Below, piece after piece: positions 22,967 through 32,000 of a stretch of DNA of 32,000 bases. This DNA comes from Ruminococcus albus 7 = DSM 20455. Lineage in GTDB: Bacteria; Bacillota; Clostridia; Oscillospirales; Ruminococcaceae. Location of the stretch: positions 2,520,001 through 2,552,000 of the forward strand of contig NC_014833.1 in NCBI RefSeq assembly GCF_000179635.2, written 5' to 3'. How positions within the stretch are numbered: the first letter of the stretch is position 1; each line of letters opens with the position of its first letter. Both the position numbers and the translations under genes were made by a program. The notes below the pieces were generated by a model that worked only from the letters and a program-made list of their open reading frames with translations, was not told the origin of the DNA and made no database searches.

Positions 22967-25666
22967 TTATGGGTTGCTTTTAGATTGCTCAATAACAGTA
23001 GGATATACCTTTGCATTGGTGTATACCAAATAATCAGTAGGCTTATTACCAATTGTTTCGCCACTGCCATCAATCAACTCGGCTTCAAGAAATACTTGAT
23101 AGTTTGCATATTCAGTGAAGCCGCTTCCGGTAATCACATAGTATTGAATTGTTGCACTATAAATCTTATCAGTTGCAGGATCTATTGACATTTCATAGAT
23201 ATATGTATCGTTTGTGCTTTCGCCAATCTTTGTTAATGAAGTATTGCCAATTTTTAAATCAATACCAGAAAGATAATTTGAAATATCACTTACTTTGACA
23301 TACTCAACTTTAGTAATAGCTGCATTGGCAATTTGAGGAGTATCCGTTTTCTTATTTAATGTTAAAGTAAATCGTATTTTTCTTGTTGTTGCGTGTGTTT
23401 CGTCCTCAATTGCCGTTGCATTTAATACCGCTTCCGAGTCTATCAACATAGCAGTTCTATCGTTGTTTGTGCCGTTAGAGGTTCGACCATTTACACCCAG
23501 CCTTGAATAGTTCTTACTCTCCTCGCCTATGGTATCATAGATGTCTAATTCTCTTTTGGCTTTGTAGGTTAAAATCGAAGCGTTTGCTGATTCTCTGTAA
23601 TAGTAGTAATTATTTGGTGCAAACGGTTTTGTCATACTTGTATGCGTAAGCTGTGTACTGTCATAAGCAAGATTTGATGTGGCAGAGACCTTTACACCAA
23701 CACGAGGATTTGAAGTGAGTTTTTCAGGAAATTCAGCTTGAATATCTGAAAATACCATGTCTATATCAGCAGATACTGTTAAGGTGTAGTTGCTTGCATT
23801 TAGCAGATTAGACATCACGTTAGTTGTGTTTACGAGTATATAGTTTGATTGCTTATCCACCACACAAGCAGTAGCTGAGCTATTTCCTATTTTATAGGCA
23901 GCTGTGCTGTTTGTAGCATCATAGCCGGCGATCTCATTTACTACACTTCCGTCCTCGCCATAGCAGTTCAATGAAATATCGAATGCATGATATAGTGGTT
24001 TGCCGCTATCAAGTAAATATGATCTCGCTGTATCATTTGTTAATCTGATAGTGGTTTCTGCATTAACTTCAATATGCCTATTGGAATCGGTGATTTGAAC
24101 CTGAGTATTTCCTAATGTGTAAGAGGTTGTCTGTTCATACAAATCAGCAATAAGAACATTGTAAGGTGAATTTGAAGTTCTTGCAGCAGATTTTGTTCCG
24201 GTCAACCGTGATGGTGAGTCAATTCTATAAAAATATAGTTCACTATCATAGCCGTCAACCTTTGGAACATACATACTGATATAGTAATCTTCGTTCAGAA
24301 CATAACTATTTGAAACGGACAAGTTGATATTACCGCTGCCGCCAACATATTCATAATAGTGCTTTATTCCGTTGTTGTCTATACGATATACACTATACTC
24401 ATTATCTGTGACCGTATGACCTTCTGCGAATGTCAGCTCATTATACATTCCTCCTGTATCTGATTCTAATGTTTCAACCTCGATTTCCTTTGCAATCATT
24501 TTATTAAAGCTGCTTACGGAAAATGAAGTACCACCGCTATCACTTGTGAAGTTAGTTAAATCAATCTTCCAGCCTGCTTCACCTAAAATATAACCGGTTT
24601 CGCCGGAATCAGGCAGAGCTTCAAAGTCATCTGCTGATGCATAGTATACCTTATCTGAATCTCCGTTCGGGTCAACAAGTACCATGTAAGTATCATCCGG
24701 CAGCTTATACGAAGCTATCTGCGTGTTGAATGTCACATACTTGTTATGATTCCATTTAAGATTTCCAGCAGAAAGCAGGATATTCAAGTCTTCTGCTGTA
24801 TAGGAAAATCTGATGTATTGTGTAACCCAGGTGTTAAGGCTGTCAACGTGAAGACGATTATTGCTTGCCATTGCAGCTTCATAGTCAGAAACAACTGATG
24901 GTGTCTGATATGTAACAGAGTTTGTATCGGTCAGTGCTGCAGCCGAGAAACTGAATGTCATCTGCTTGACTGTATATACAGGAACATACAGATGATAAGC
25001 TACATCAGTATGATCTGAGTCAAAAGGATCGGTGAATTGAACGTCAATCAGCGTAAATGTGTTTTCTTTTCTTGCTCCCGAATCAGCATTTGCACCACTT
25101 AAAGCGAATACTCCATTATTAAACGTCAGACCAGGAGCATAATCAGGATCATCTGTATCAGTTATAACACTAAACTTTCCGCCGCTGTACTTGCAAGTGT
25201 TTATTGCAATATTATAATAATTGCTTGAAGTTGTATAGTCGTTGGAAGTATTTGTTACTAACTGAATATAGCGATTGATAAGATTAGTTGTCTCTGTGTT
25301 GTCTGTGTTTGATATAACAACCACAGCAAAATTGTTTACTCCTGTTGGCAATGAGCCTGCCTCGGTTTGATAAGTCGAGATACGATCTCCGTCTTCGCCT
25401 GCTATGTGCTTCATGTAATTATCAATAGATACGCCCGTATTATCATCTCTTGTCGGAATAGGATCATCAACAAATGAAGTATAACGTCTTGTATTTGTTG
25501 TGTCGCTAAGTTCCGAATAGATTTTAGCTGCCATAGTTTGGTCGGCAGTCTTACCGCTGTATCCTGTGATTGATGAGCCGAAAAGCACAGCACCGTCACC
25601 TGAAATGATTTCATTAGTGCCAACAGCAGAGTGTGGATTGATATTAACATATGGAGCTTTAGGCAT
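22967..25666 (-). CDS. C-terminal segment (899+ aa) of the giant secreted/surface protein; a separate ORF as sequenced, probably the same gene as 25780..>32000
   Basis: N/T/S/Y-rich beta-rich sequence with the same composition as the upstream ORF. There is no convincing RBS at ATG 25666. The frame is open for 40 further codons upstream, to 25786, which is 4 nt from the upstream ORF's stop. Confidence 0.7.
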   Translation of the reverse strand: MPKAPYVNINPHSAVGTNEIISGDGAVLFGSSITGYSGKTADQTMAAKIYSELSDTTNTRRYTSFVDDPIPTRDDNTGVSIDNYMKHIAGEDGDRISTYQTEAGSLPTGVNNFAVVVISNTDNTETTNLINRYIQLVTNTSNDYTTSSNYYNIAINTCKYSGGKFSVITDTDDPDYAPGLTFNNGVFALSGANADSGARKENTFTLIDVQFTDPFDSDHTDVAYHLYVPVYTVKQMTFSFSAAALTDTNSVTYQTPSVVSDYEAAMASNNRLHVDSLNTWVTQYIRFSYTAEDLNILLSAGNLKWNHNKYVTFNTQIASYKLPDDTYMVLVDPNGDSDKVYYASADDFEALPDSGETGYILGEAGWKIDLTNFTSDSGGTSFSVSSFNKMIAKEIEVETLESDTGGMYNELTFAEGHTVTDNEYSVYRIDNNGIKHYYEYVGGSGNINLSVSNSYVLNEDYYISMYVPKVDGYDSELYFYRIDSPSRLTGTKSAARTSNSPYNVLIADLYEQTTSYTLGNTQVQITDSNRHIEVNAETTIRLTNDTARSYLLDSGKPLYHAFDISLNCYGEDGSVVNEIAGYDATNSTAAYKIGNSSATACVVDKQSNYILVNTTNVMSNLLNASNYTLTVSADIDMVFSDIQAEFPEKLTSNPRVGVKVSATSNLAYDSTQLTHTSMTKPFAPNNYYYYRESANASILTYKAKRELDIYDTIGEESKNYSRLGVNGRTSNGTNNDRTAMLIDSEAVLNATAIEDETHATTRKIRFTLTLNKKTDTPQIANAAITKVEYVKVSDISNYLSGIDLKIGNTSLTKIGESTNDTYIYEMSIDPATDKIYSATIQYYVITGSGFTEYANYQVFLEAELIDGSGETIGNKPTDYLVYTNAKVYPTVIEQSKSNP

Positions 25667-25779
25667 TCCAACATTGTTAGTATCATTGAAATTAGATACT
25701 GTGTTATTGGCTGATGTCTTACTCCGTCCGTCATAATCTGCGAATACGAAGCTTGCATTATCGAAGTTCTCCCTATTGC

Positions 25780-28700
25780 CTACGTTTTAGTAAAACCGTT
25801 TTCATAAACAGCCATACCCGAGAACTGAATAGAGGTTGTATCATCACTTCCGTCAACATAGCCTACCCAAGCACCCATATTAGTGCCTGTTACAGCTTCT
25901 ACATCATCAAGTTTGATATTATAGCCGAGGATTTTGTTTGTGCTTGATGCACTTTTTCTGTCAATTCGTCCGATAGCACCGCCGGCATAATTACCGGAAT
26001 CACCCATAGTACAATTAATAACAGAACTATCGTGAATATAGCAGGTTACAGAACTATTATTAGCAAATGAACCAGAGTAACCAATGAATCCTCCACAATA
26101 AGTACCCTTAATGCTGTAATTTGAAACGGTACTATCCTGAATGAGAATGTTAGGATCGCCGTTATCCAATACCAATGCTCTACCGATAAATCCGCCTGCA
26201 TAGTTTGCATCAGTTGTATAGACGGTCACTGCCTCTATTGTGTTTGGTGAAGCAGAATTACCCGTCACTTTACAATTGTTTATGGCGATTGAATAAGGTG
26301 TATAGCCTGTTGTTCCCCATTTGCCGCCATAGATACCGCCGACAAATTGACCTTTGAAATTGATATTTTCTATTGTGCAATTCTCAAAAACAGCATAACA
26401 GGTCGGCACATAATCGGGTATAGGATCGCCTGCCGTGTGACCATTTTCTGTTTTTTCATAAGCACCGGAAGTTCTCGACTGCATAGCTCCGCAAATTCCG
26501 CCGGCAAAACGTATTCCTCCGCCGCCAATCGTAACAGGGCTGCTGCTATCACTTGATTGTATCTTCATATTGTAAGCCTGACAGCCGTCACCTGCGAAAC
26601 CAACAAGTCCTCCTGCTGATGAAAGGTATTCTGCATTAGCTGATTCAAAGCCGATAGATTTCAAACCTACTGTTGAATAGCTTGCTGAATTACCCTGAAC
26701 GATTACCTTTCCTTGGAAACATACACCTACAAATCCGCCTAAACCATTTCGGGCTTTTTCGGAGCTTTCCTGATCGGAACTTGAATTCATCTTCATTGAA
26801 AGATTTGTTGCACTGCACTGTGTCGCTGTGATAATGTTTGTCTCTACACCATTAACAGCTTTACCAACATTGCCGGAATAGCCGAGAAGACCGCCTACGG
26901 CACTTGAACCGCATACTGTCAGGTCATTCAATGAGATTTGATCAAAAGTAATATTCACATCAGTCAAACTTGCACCGCAGACACCACCCACGCTCAGAAA
27001 TCTTGCAGTTGCCGATGCAACAATATCCATTTCGTGTGTTGAAGCGCTGTAATCGTTACTGAAAATTTCAGTATTTACAGAACCAGAGAGAGTGAAATTG
27101 GAAATACTGCTGCTTGCATTTTTGGTTACTATGCTGTCAAACAAGCCTATTCCGTGGTTTGAATCCGACTTGCTGACATTATTAGTACCGCTGTCTGCAC
27201 TCAAAATTTGGGTTGTAGTTGAATGAAGGTTATTGAAGTAGTTGTCATACTCAAACTTATTCAAGTATATATCAACATCTATTGTGCACTTAGACGCAGT
27301 AGAGGTAAAAGAGTCAACCTTCATTTTACTTCCTGCTACATAGTTTCCAACACAACCTAATCCACGGAAACTATCAGGCATGACATAGGAAGAACCTGTA
27401 AGACTTATGTCGTAATATCCTGTTGATGATGTTACAAAGCGAGCAGGATAGCTGTATGTGATTTCGTCATATTCTTCGCCTGTCTTCTCATAGAAATCCA
27501 GCTGCGCTCCATTACCTCCACCACCTTGTGCCTGACCAGTGAAATGATTGCCATTTCTTAAACCTAAGTATTTCCTATTATCTGAAGTAGAACCCTTTAT
27601 TTCCCATTTTCCTGCCGCTTCTCCTGAGGTTATTTGTGTTATTTCGAAGTTGTATGAATTATTAGATGAAATAATATTTCTACTTGTACCATTTTCAAAT
27701 GCAATATAATTAGAACCATTATTAAAAGATATTGTATAATCATTGCCACTTATTTTAGTAAATGTTAACGGTAATTTTGTTGTATTATCAGAATTAACAG
27801 CTTGAAATCCTTTCGCATTAGAGTAAGTACCTGTTGTACTGCTTAAAAACATATTTCCAAATGCGATGTATAGTTCTTTTCCATTGGGATCATCGCCTGA
27901 AAACAGTTTTACTCCCGAAGCATGATGAGTGTTTGTGGAAGTTCCGTATGTATACCACTTGATTATATATGGTAAAGCGGTATTAGCAGCCGTATCTTTG
28001 CTTGCAAAATTATCATAGTCCGTTACTGTGTATTTATCCGTGACCGCAGTACCCACGTCACTATAATCCGCTATATGGCTCATACCGTAAACATTAGTAT
28101 TATTAATTCCATACGAAAACGAATTTACATAAGCATTGCTGTTAGACGTTGTAGCTGTTCCTGCACCAGACTGCGTTATAAGCGACAGAATGAAGAGTGC
28201 TTGTGCATTAGGAACCGTTATCGTTCCGTCTGCTGTTGCACTTGTAGGTGGTGTGACAGAAAGTGAATTAGCTGTTGTTATAGTCGTATACTTCTGAATA
28301 TCGGCAATAGAATAATGCTTTTTACCGTTTTTCAGAGTGTGTTGTGTTCCTGTTCTTGCAGCACCTGCGTCACTATTAGCATCATCGTGATAAGTGCCGT
28401 TTTCGGTCACTGATAATTGATTTGATTCATTGACCGCATAACCGTTGATGACACGTCCGACAATCGGATTTACATAAATTGCTTCCTCAGCGGAATCCTG
28501 TGCAAGATTATGTGTTGTATTAGTCTTGTAATATACGTTAAGTCCCGTATTAGCTACAGTTGTTTTTGAGGAAGTCATATTTTTGAAAATAAGACCGCCA
28601 TAAACAACAACACCCACATAACCGCCGACAGGCACTATTGTACCATAAGTATTTGTTCCGTTATCTGTCAACTGTATCGCTGTAGAGAAAGATTCATCGT

Positions 28701-31700
28701 TCTCATCACCATCGGTGTCGGTATAAGAATATCTCACATAGCTGTTGTCAATGATATTGTCGCCGCCCATAATTTCGCCAATGATTCCACCGTAATACTG
28801 ACACTGAGAATTATAACCAAAATAAGCAGCACTGTTAGTAGCAGCGGACTGAGTACGCACGATAGTATCTGTGTCAACATCAATATTAATGTCTTTTATA
28901 ACGCTTCCGTTAGAGACATTGATGAGCGGATAAGGGCTATTGTTCGTGATAGTCCATTTTGGAACGGCATTGCTTGCACTTGTCTGTTCTCCAACAATAA
29001 CTCCTCGGAAAGCATAATTTCCATTTATTACTGTTGTACAGCCTAAACCGACATAGTTAGCACCAAGAGTAATATCACTGTTTATCTTATAATATGCACT
29101 TGCAAGGTACAGACGAACATTATCAGAAGTCCATGTGTAAACCGTTGCAGGGCTTGTTGATGAATCAGTATAGACGTATTTTCCGTTGTTATCACCGGAT
29201 GTAGCAAGCTCAAATACAGCGCACCCAGTTTTGCTTGCACACCAACGATCACCTTTTGCATTATTTGTAATTCCATTGAGCTGCGTTTTAGGCAGACGTA
29301 TGCTCTGCATATCACTCGGCTCACCGGAGGAGATGAATTTGGCAATAACTACAAGATTGTCACCTGATACAACATAAGGGTGGTTATAAGTGCCGCATCC
29401 GGTCTCAGGACCGGTCTTTTCGACATTGACCTTCAACTCTCTGTTATACATTTCATTGGCATTTGTTGCTGTGAATGCTACGGCAACATAAGGCAGCCAA
29501 CCACTTGAGAAATTATATACTCCTCCTGTTCCCGATATGGGGTTCGTGTAGGCACGATTTGAGCCGGAGTAGCAGTTTTCAAGGCTAACATCATTTTCTC
29601 TGTATTCCAAGGAGTCCTTAACTTCTTTGCCGTATGTTACATATCTGTCTGCTACTGAATCAGCATCGTCTCCGTCCTCCCAATCCTCTGCATAGGTATA
29701 GTAGTATTCAAGAGTTGCTGTCTGATTAGTTTTGATAGAATGCAAAAATACAGCATCATTAAATATAGACCTTGATGTGTTATATGCCGTATCCAAACCG
29801 CTGTTTCCTGATAATGCAGTAGTTCTTGCATCGAGTTTGACATGAGAAAACTTTATAGTAAGATCATTACCCGTTGCACTGCCTATAAGACTGCTTGCAA
29901 CAGGGAGAGTGCCGGTATAACCGCTTCCCGAATAAAGATTATTTATAATGAGCTGAGGAGCAGCAACGGTATCACTTTCTCTAACTATATTATTGATAAG
30001 CAAATAACCGCCTGTATATGCACCGTTATCTGTTGTTTTAGGAGTTATTCCGGCAAGTGCAATCGAACCGGTTTCGCATATGAAATTACCATTCATCACC
30101 TTGCTGATAATAACACCGCTATATCCATTAGCGGAATTTGTTGTCTCATCAACCGTACCGTCAAGACCAAGAAATGTTCCGGCAAGCGATAAATCACCTG
30201 TTACCGTTATTGCCTTGCCTGTTTCTAAATTCATAAATAATCCCGAATGCATCAGGAAATGCTGATTTACAGCACCAGGGTCACGGATATAGCTGTCACC
30301 ATTGATTACATTCTCAGCAGTAGAGTAGATTCCGCTATAATCAAATGTAAGTGAAAGATCACCTATGGTATAGGTGTCAGCATTTTTTAGCGGATAGAAA
30401 GAAAGACCTGTAAGATTGGCAGTTCCGCTAAAGGTTAATATACCTGTTTTAGAATCCGCAGCAATCGTTGTACCAAAGCTTTCTCCCTCGCCTTGAATGA
30501 ATTCATCTGCAATATTGGAAGCAGCATACTTGCTTACACTCCACAATACCAGATTCTGTCCATAATCTGCGTTTGACATTACATCAAGATTGTAGTAGTA
30601 TCTTGATTTTCCATTCGCATACTTGGCAGCATTTATAGCAGTGATATTTGTGCTGGCTGCCCTTGAAATCTGGTTCTGATATGTACCCTTGACAGTTATT
30701 TTTGCTTCCGTTCCGCTTCGACTACTGTTCGTATTTACTGATACAACGCCCCCGCCGCCTGCAATCACATCACTGGCTGAATAAGCAGCAAGTTCGTCAA
30801 AATCGCCTATACTATTTGGTAGTGTTATATCAGCATTCGTTAATTTATATCCGGAATTCAGAACGTCAAGATACAAGCCATCAGTGCTGTTATAAGCCTT
30901 GTTGACAATTATGCCGAGTGATGTTCCGCCGCCATTAGTCATAGACATCTTTTTTATGGAAAGTGAATTTACTGTCCACTTGCCGGTGGCTACATAGCAA
31001 ATAACACCAACGTTAGCAGCAGTTTTGGATAAAACGGTATTATTGATTGAACTTGTTCCCTTTACAGTAACTCCATCAATGGTCGTAGTTGTATTCATCC
31101 AGGCATAACCAAGAAATCCACCAGCTGTTTTCTCAGCACAGTTATTAATCACACAGCCATTGAATTCTACATTTCTAACGTTTATTTTACGGTCATCATA
31201 GCTGCCATTTGAAATGATATAACCAATAAGTCCGCCGCAATCAGAATTATCACCAATAACAGTCACATTATCTACATCAGTATTCATTCCAACAGTTAAG
31301 ATATTACTGCCGCTTTGTTCTATGTTTACTATGATGCTTTCAGATGCGATTTTGCCTATAACACCTCCGTAAACCAGCCAGGTTTTATGAGAACCTGTAA
31401 ACACAAATTTAGGAGAAGCAGTAGATGTTCCTGTAATAGTAATTATTCCATTATCGGTGTTTTCATCAACATACCCAATAAAGCCGCCAATGTTCTTACC
31501 TAAATCCTCGGTGCCAGGTGAAATAGCTCCTTCATGGTAATTAACTGTCAAAGCGTTAGTCCCGCTTGCTGAAACTGTAATTGCATTAAGTGCAGTGTTT
31601 CCGTGTGAGCGAGCAGCGACAGCACCAAAGCTCATGCCGTCAGCACCCGCATTGCGAATATTGATGGTTCCGGCAATATTTAGGCTATTGACCGTACCTG

Positions 31701-32000
31701 TTCCTGTTGTATCGTTTCCAATTACAGAAAAGAGACCGTTATACTGATGACGATAAATTTGACCTATACCTTCATCAGTTGAAGATGAACTAATACCGAA
31801 ACCATATTTTTCTCCTGTTGCTAAGGTTATGGTATTGTTTCCGCCACTGAGTGTTCCAATGAACGTTCCTACACCGCCAATATCGGAGCTGGTTGCACTT
31901 GAAGCCGCAACGCCCTCACTGACAGTTATACCTGTACCGTCACGCATAAAACCATTGATGCCCGTTCCGGAAAGACTGAATCCACTTGAAATGGTCAGAG
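25780..32000 (-). CDS. Giant GLUG-motif beta-helix-like surface/secreted protein, N-terminus beyond right edge
   Basis: The frame is open from 25783 to the window end; I checked codons 31948-31998 and found no stop, so the M at 31947 is internal. I count about 15 GG[FLIVA][ILVC]G motifs (GGFIGY, GGLIGY, GGFLGY, GGLLGY, GGLVGF, GGFIGR...) spaced as in GLUG-repeat proteins. The sequence is G/N/T/S-rich throughout. Confidence 0.8.
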   Translation of the reverse strand, partial: LTISSGFSLSGTGINGFMRDGTGITVSEGVAASSATSSDIGGVGTFIGTLSGGNNTITLATGEKYGFGISSSSTDEGIGQIYRHQYNGLFSVIGNDTTGTGTVNSLNIAGTINIRNAGADGMSFGAVAARSHGNTALNAITVSASGTNALTVNYHEGAISPGTEDLGKNIGGFIGYVDENTDNGIITITGTSTASPKFVFTGSHKTWLVYGGVIGKIASESIIVNIEQSGSNILTVGMNTDVDNVTVIGDNSDCGGLIGYIISNGSYDDRKINVRNVEFNGCVINNCAEKTAGGFLGYAWMNTTTTIDGVTVKGTSSINNTVLSKTAANVGVICYVATGKWTVNSLSIKKMSMTNGGGTSLGIIVNKAYNSTDGLYLDVLNSGYKLTNADITLPNSIGDFDELAAYSASDVIAGGGGVVSVNTNSSRSGTEAKITVKGTYQNQISRAASTNITAINAAKYANGKSRYYYNLDVMSNADYGQNLVLWSVSKYAASNIADEFIQGEGESFGTTIAADSKTGILTFSGTANLTGLSFYPLKNADTYTIGDLSLTFDYSGIYSTAENVINGDSYIRDPGAVNQHFLMHSGLFMNLETGKAITVTGDLSLAGTFLGLDGTVDETTNSANGYSGVIISKVMNGNFICETGSIALAGITPKTTDNGAYTGGYLLINNIVRESDTVAAPQLIINNLYSGSGYTGTLPVASSLIGSATGNDLTIKFSHVKLDARTTALSGNSGLDTAYNTSRSIFNDAVFLHSIKTNQTATLEYYYTYAEDWEDGDDADSVADRYVTYGKEVKDSLEYRENDVSLENCYSGSNRAYTNPISGTGGVYNFSSGWLPYVAVAFTATNANEMYNRELKVNVEKTGPETGCGTYNHPYVVSGDNLVVIAKFISSGEPSDMQSIRLPKTQLNGITNNAKGDRWCASKTGCAVFELATSGDNNGKYVYTDSSTSPATVYTWTSDNVRLYLASAYYKINSDITLGANYVGLGCTTVINGNYAFRGVIVGEQTSASNAVPKWTITNNSPYPLINVSNGSVIKDINIDVDTDTIVRTQSAATNSAAYFGYNSQCQYYGGIIGEIMGGDNIIDNSYVRYSYTDTDGDENDESFSTAIQLTDNGTNTYGTIVPVGGYVGVVVYGGLIFKNMTSSKTTVANTGLNVYYKTNTTHNLAQDSAEEAIYVNPIVGRVINGYAVNESNQLSVTENGTYHDDANSDAGAARTGTQHTLKNGKKHYSIADIQKYTTITTANSLSVTPPTSATADGTITVPNAQALFILSLITQSGAGTATTSNSNAYVNSFSYGINNTNVYGMSHIADYSDVGTAVTDKYTVTDYDNFASKDTAANTALPYIIKWYTYGTSTNTHHASGVKLFSGDDPNGKELYIAFGNMFLSSTTGTYSNAKGFQAVNSDNTTKLPLTFTKISGNDYTISFNNGSNYIAFENGTSRNIISSNNSYNFEITQITSGEAAGKWEIKGSTSDNRKYLGLRNGNHFTGQAQGGGGNGAQLDFYEKTGEEYDEITYSYPARFVTSSTGYYDISLTGSSYVMPDSFRGLGCVGNYVAGSKMKVDSFTSTASKCTIDVDIYLNKFEYDNYFNNLHSTTTQILSADSGTNNVSKSDSNHGIGLFDSIVTKNASSSISNFTLSGSVNTEIFSNDYSASTHEMDIVASATARFLSVGGVCGASLTDVNITFDQISLNDLTVCGSSAVGGLLGYSGNVGKAVNGVETNIITATQCSATNLSMKMNSSSDQESSEKARNGLGGFVGVCFQGKVIVQGNSASYSTVGLKSIGFESANAEYLSSAGGLVGFAGDGCQAYNMKIQSSDSSSPVTIGGGGIRFAGGICGAMQSRTSGAYEKTENGHTAGDPIPDYVPTCYAVFENCTIENINFKGQFVGGIYGGKWGTTGYTPYSIAINNCKVTGNSASPNTIEAVTVYTTDANYAGGFIGRALVLDNGDPNILIQDSTVSNYSIKGTYCGGFIGYSGSFANNSSVTCYIHDSSVINCTMGDSGNYAGGAIGRIDRKSASSTNKILGYNIKLDDVEAVTGTNMGAWVGYVDGSDDTTSIQFSGMAVYENGFTKT

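Larger units (their letters stand above)
4090..32000. mobile_element. Integrated plasmid-like mobilizable element (serine-recombinase integration, primase-helicase replication, MobC/relaxase, ParMR modules); left junction about 4060-4120, right end not identified in window
   Basis: The disrupted permease gene abuts a block of recombinase, replication, mobilization and partition genes. The missing 5' half of the permease is nowhere in the window, so a simple insertion would place the right end beyond 32000. Whether the giant surface-protein gene belongs to the element is unresolved. Confidence 0.45.

Noticed and set aside
25411-25758. 115-aa minus-strand ORF bridging the gap between the two giant ORFs in a third frame
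   Set aside because: It overlaps the 899-aa ORF for 256 nt in another frame, and its translation does not resemble either neighbour. The gap is better explained by the in-frame upstream extension of the 899-aa ORF.
25780-25791. Programmed -1 ribosomal frameshift joining the two giant ORFs
   Set aside because: It is not ruled out, but it is not favoured. The only permissible site is ACU AAA ACG, which is not a canonical X XXY YYZ heptamer, and I see no obvious downstream stem-loop or pseudoknot. A homopolymer indel is the simpler explanation.

Overview
Clostridia-like chromosomal window with no rRNA, tRNA or CRISPR array seen. Bases 1-4060 are host backbone, all on the minus strand. They hold the 5' end of a BceS-like histidine kinase, an OmpR-family response regulator, an FAD-dependent oxidoreductase, a GC-rich hairpin-filled spacer, and the 3' half of a MacB/FtsX-type ABC permease whose 5' half is absent. 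From about 4.1 kb rightwards the window looks like a plasmid-like integrated mobilizable element. In order it carries: an orphan AAA-ATPase/PD-(D/E)XK gene; an operon of two small acidic ORFs plus three serine-recombinase-family genes (the middle one lacks the catalytic domain); an iteron field next to a CHC2 zinc-finger and P4/D5-type primase-helicase pair; a divergently transcribed 842-aa STAND NTPase; MobC plus a MobA/VirD2 relaxase with a long out-of-frame overlapping ORF; a ParM/ParR-like partition cassette with parC-like repeats; and a complete IS66-family element (tnpA-tnpB-tnpC plus a fourth internal ORF, 8-bp target duplication GAGGGCTA). The window ends in a very large GLUG-motif beta-helix protein gene that is split by a one-base frame change and runs off the right edge. 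The STAND NTPase (P-loop, TPR-like repeats, unassigned N-terminal domain, poly-acidic tail) is my top candidate for an undescribed defence or sensor function. All product calls come from reading the translations and recognising motifs; no database search was possible.
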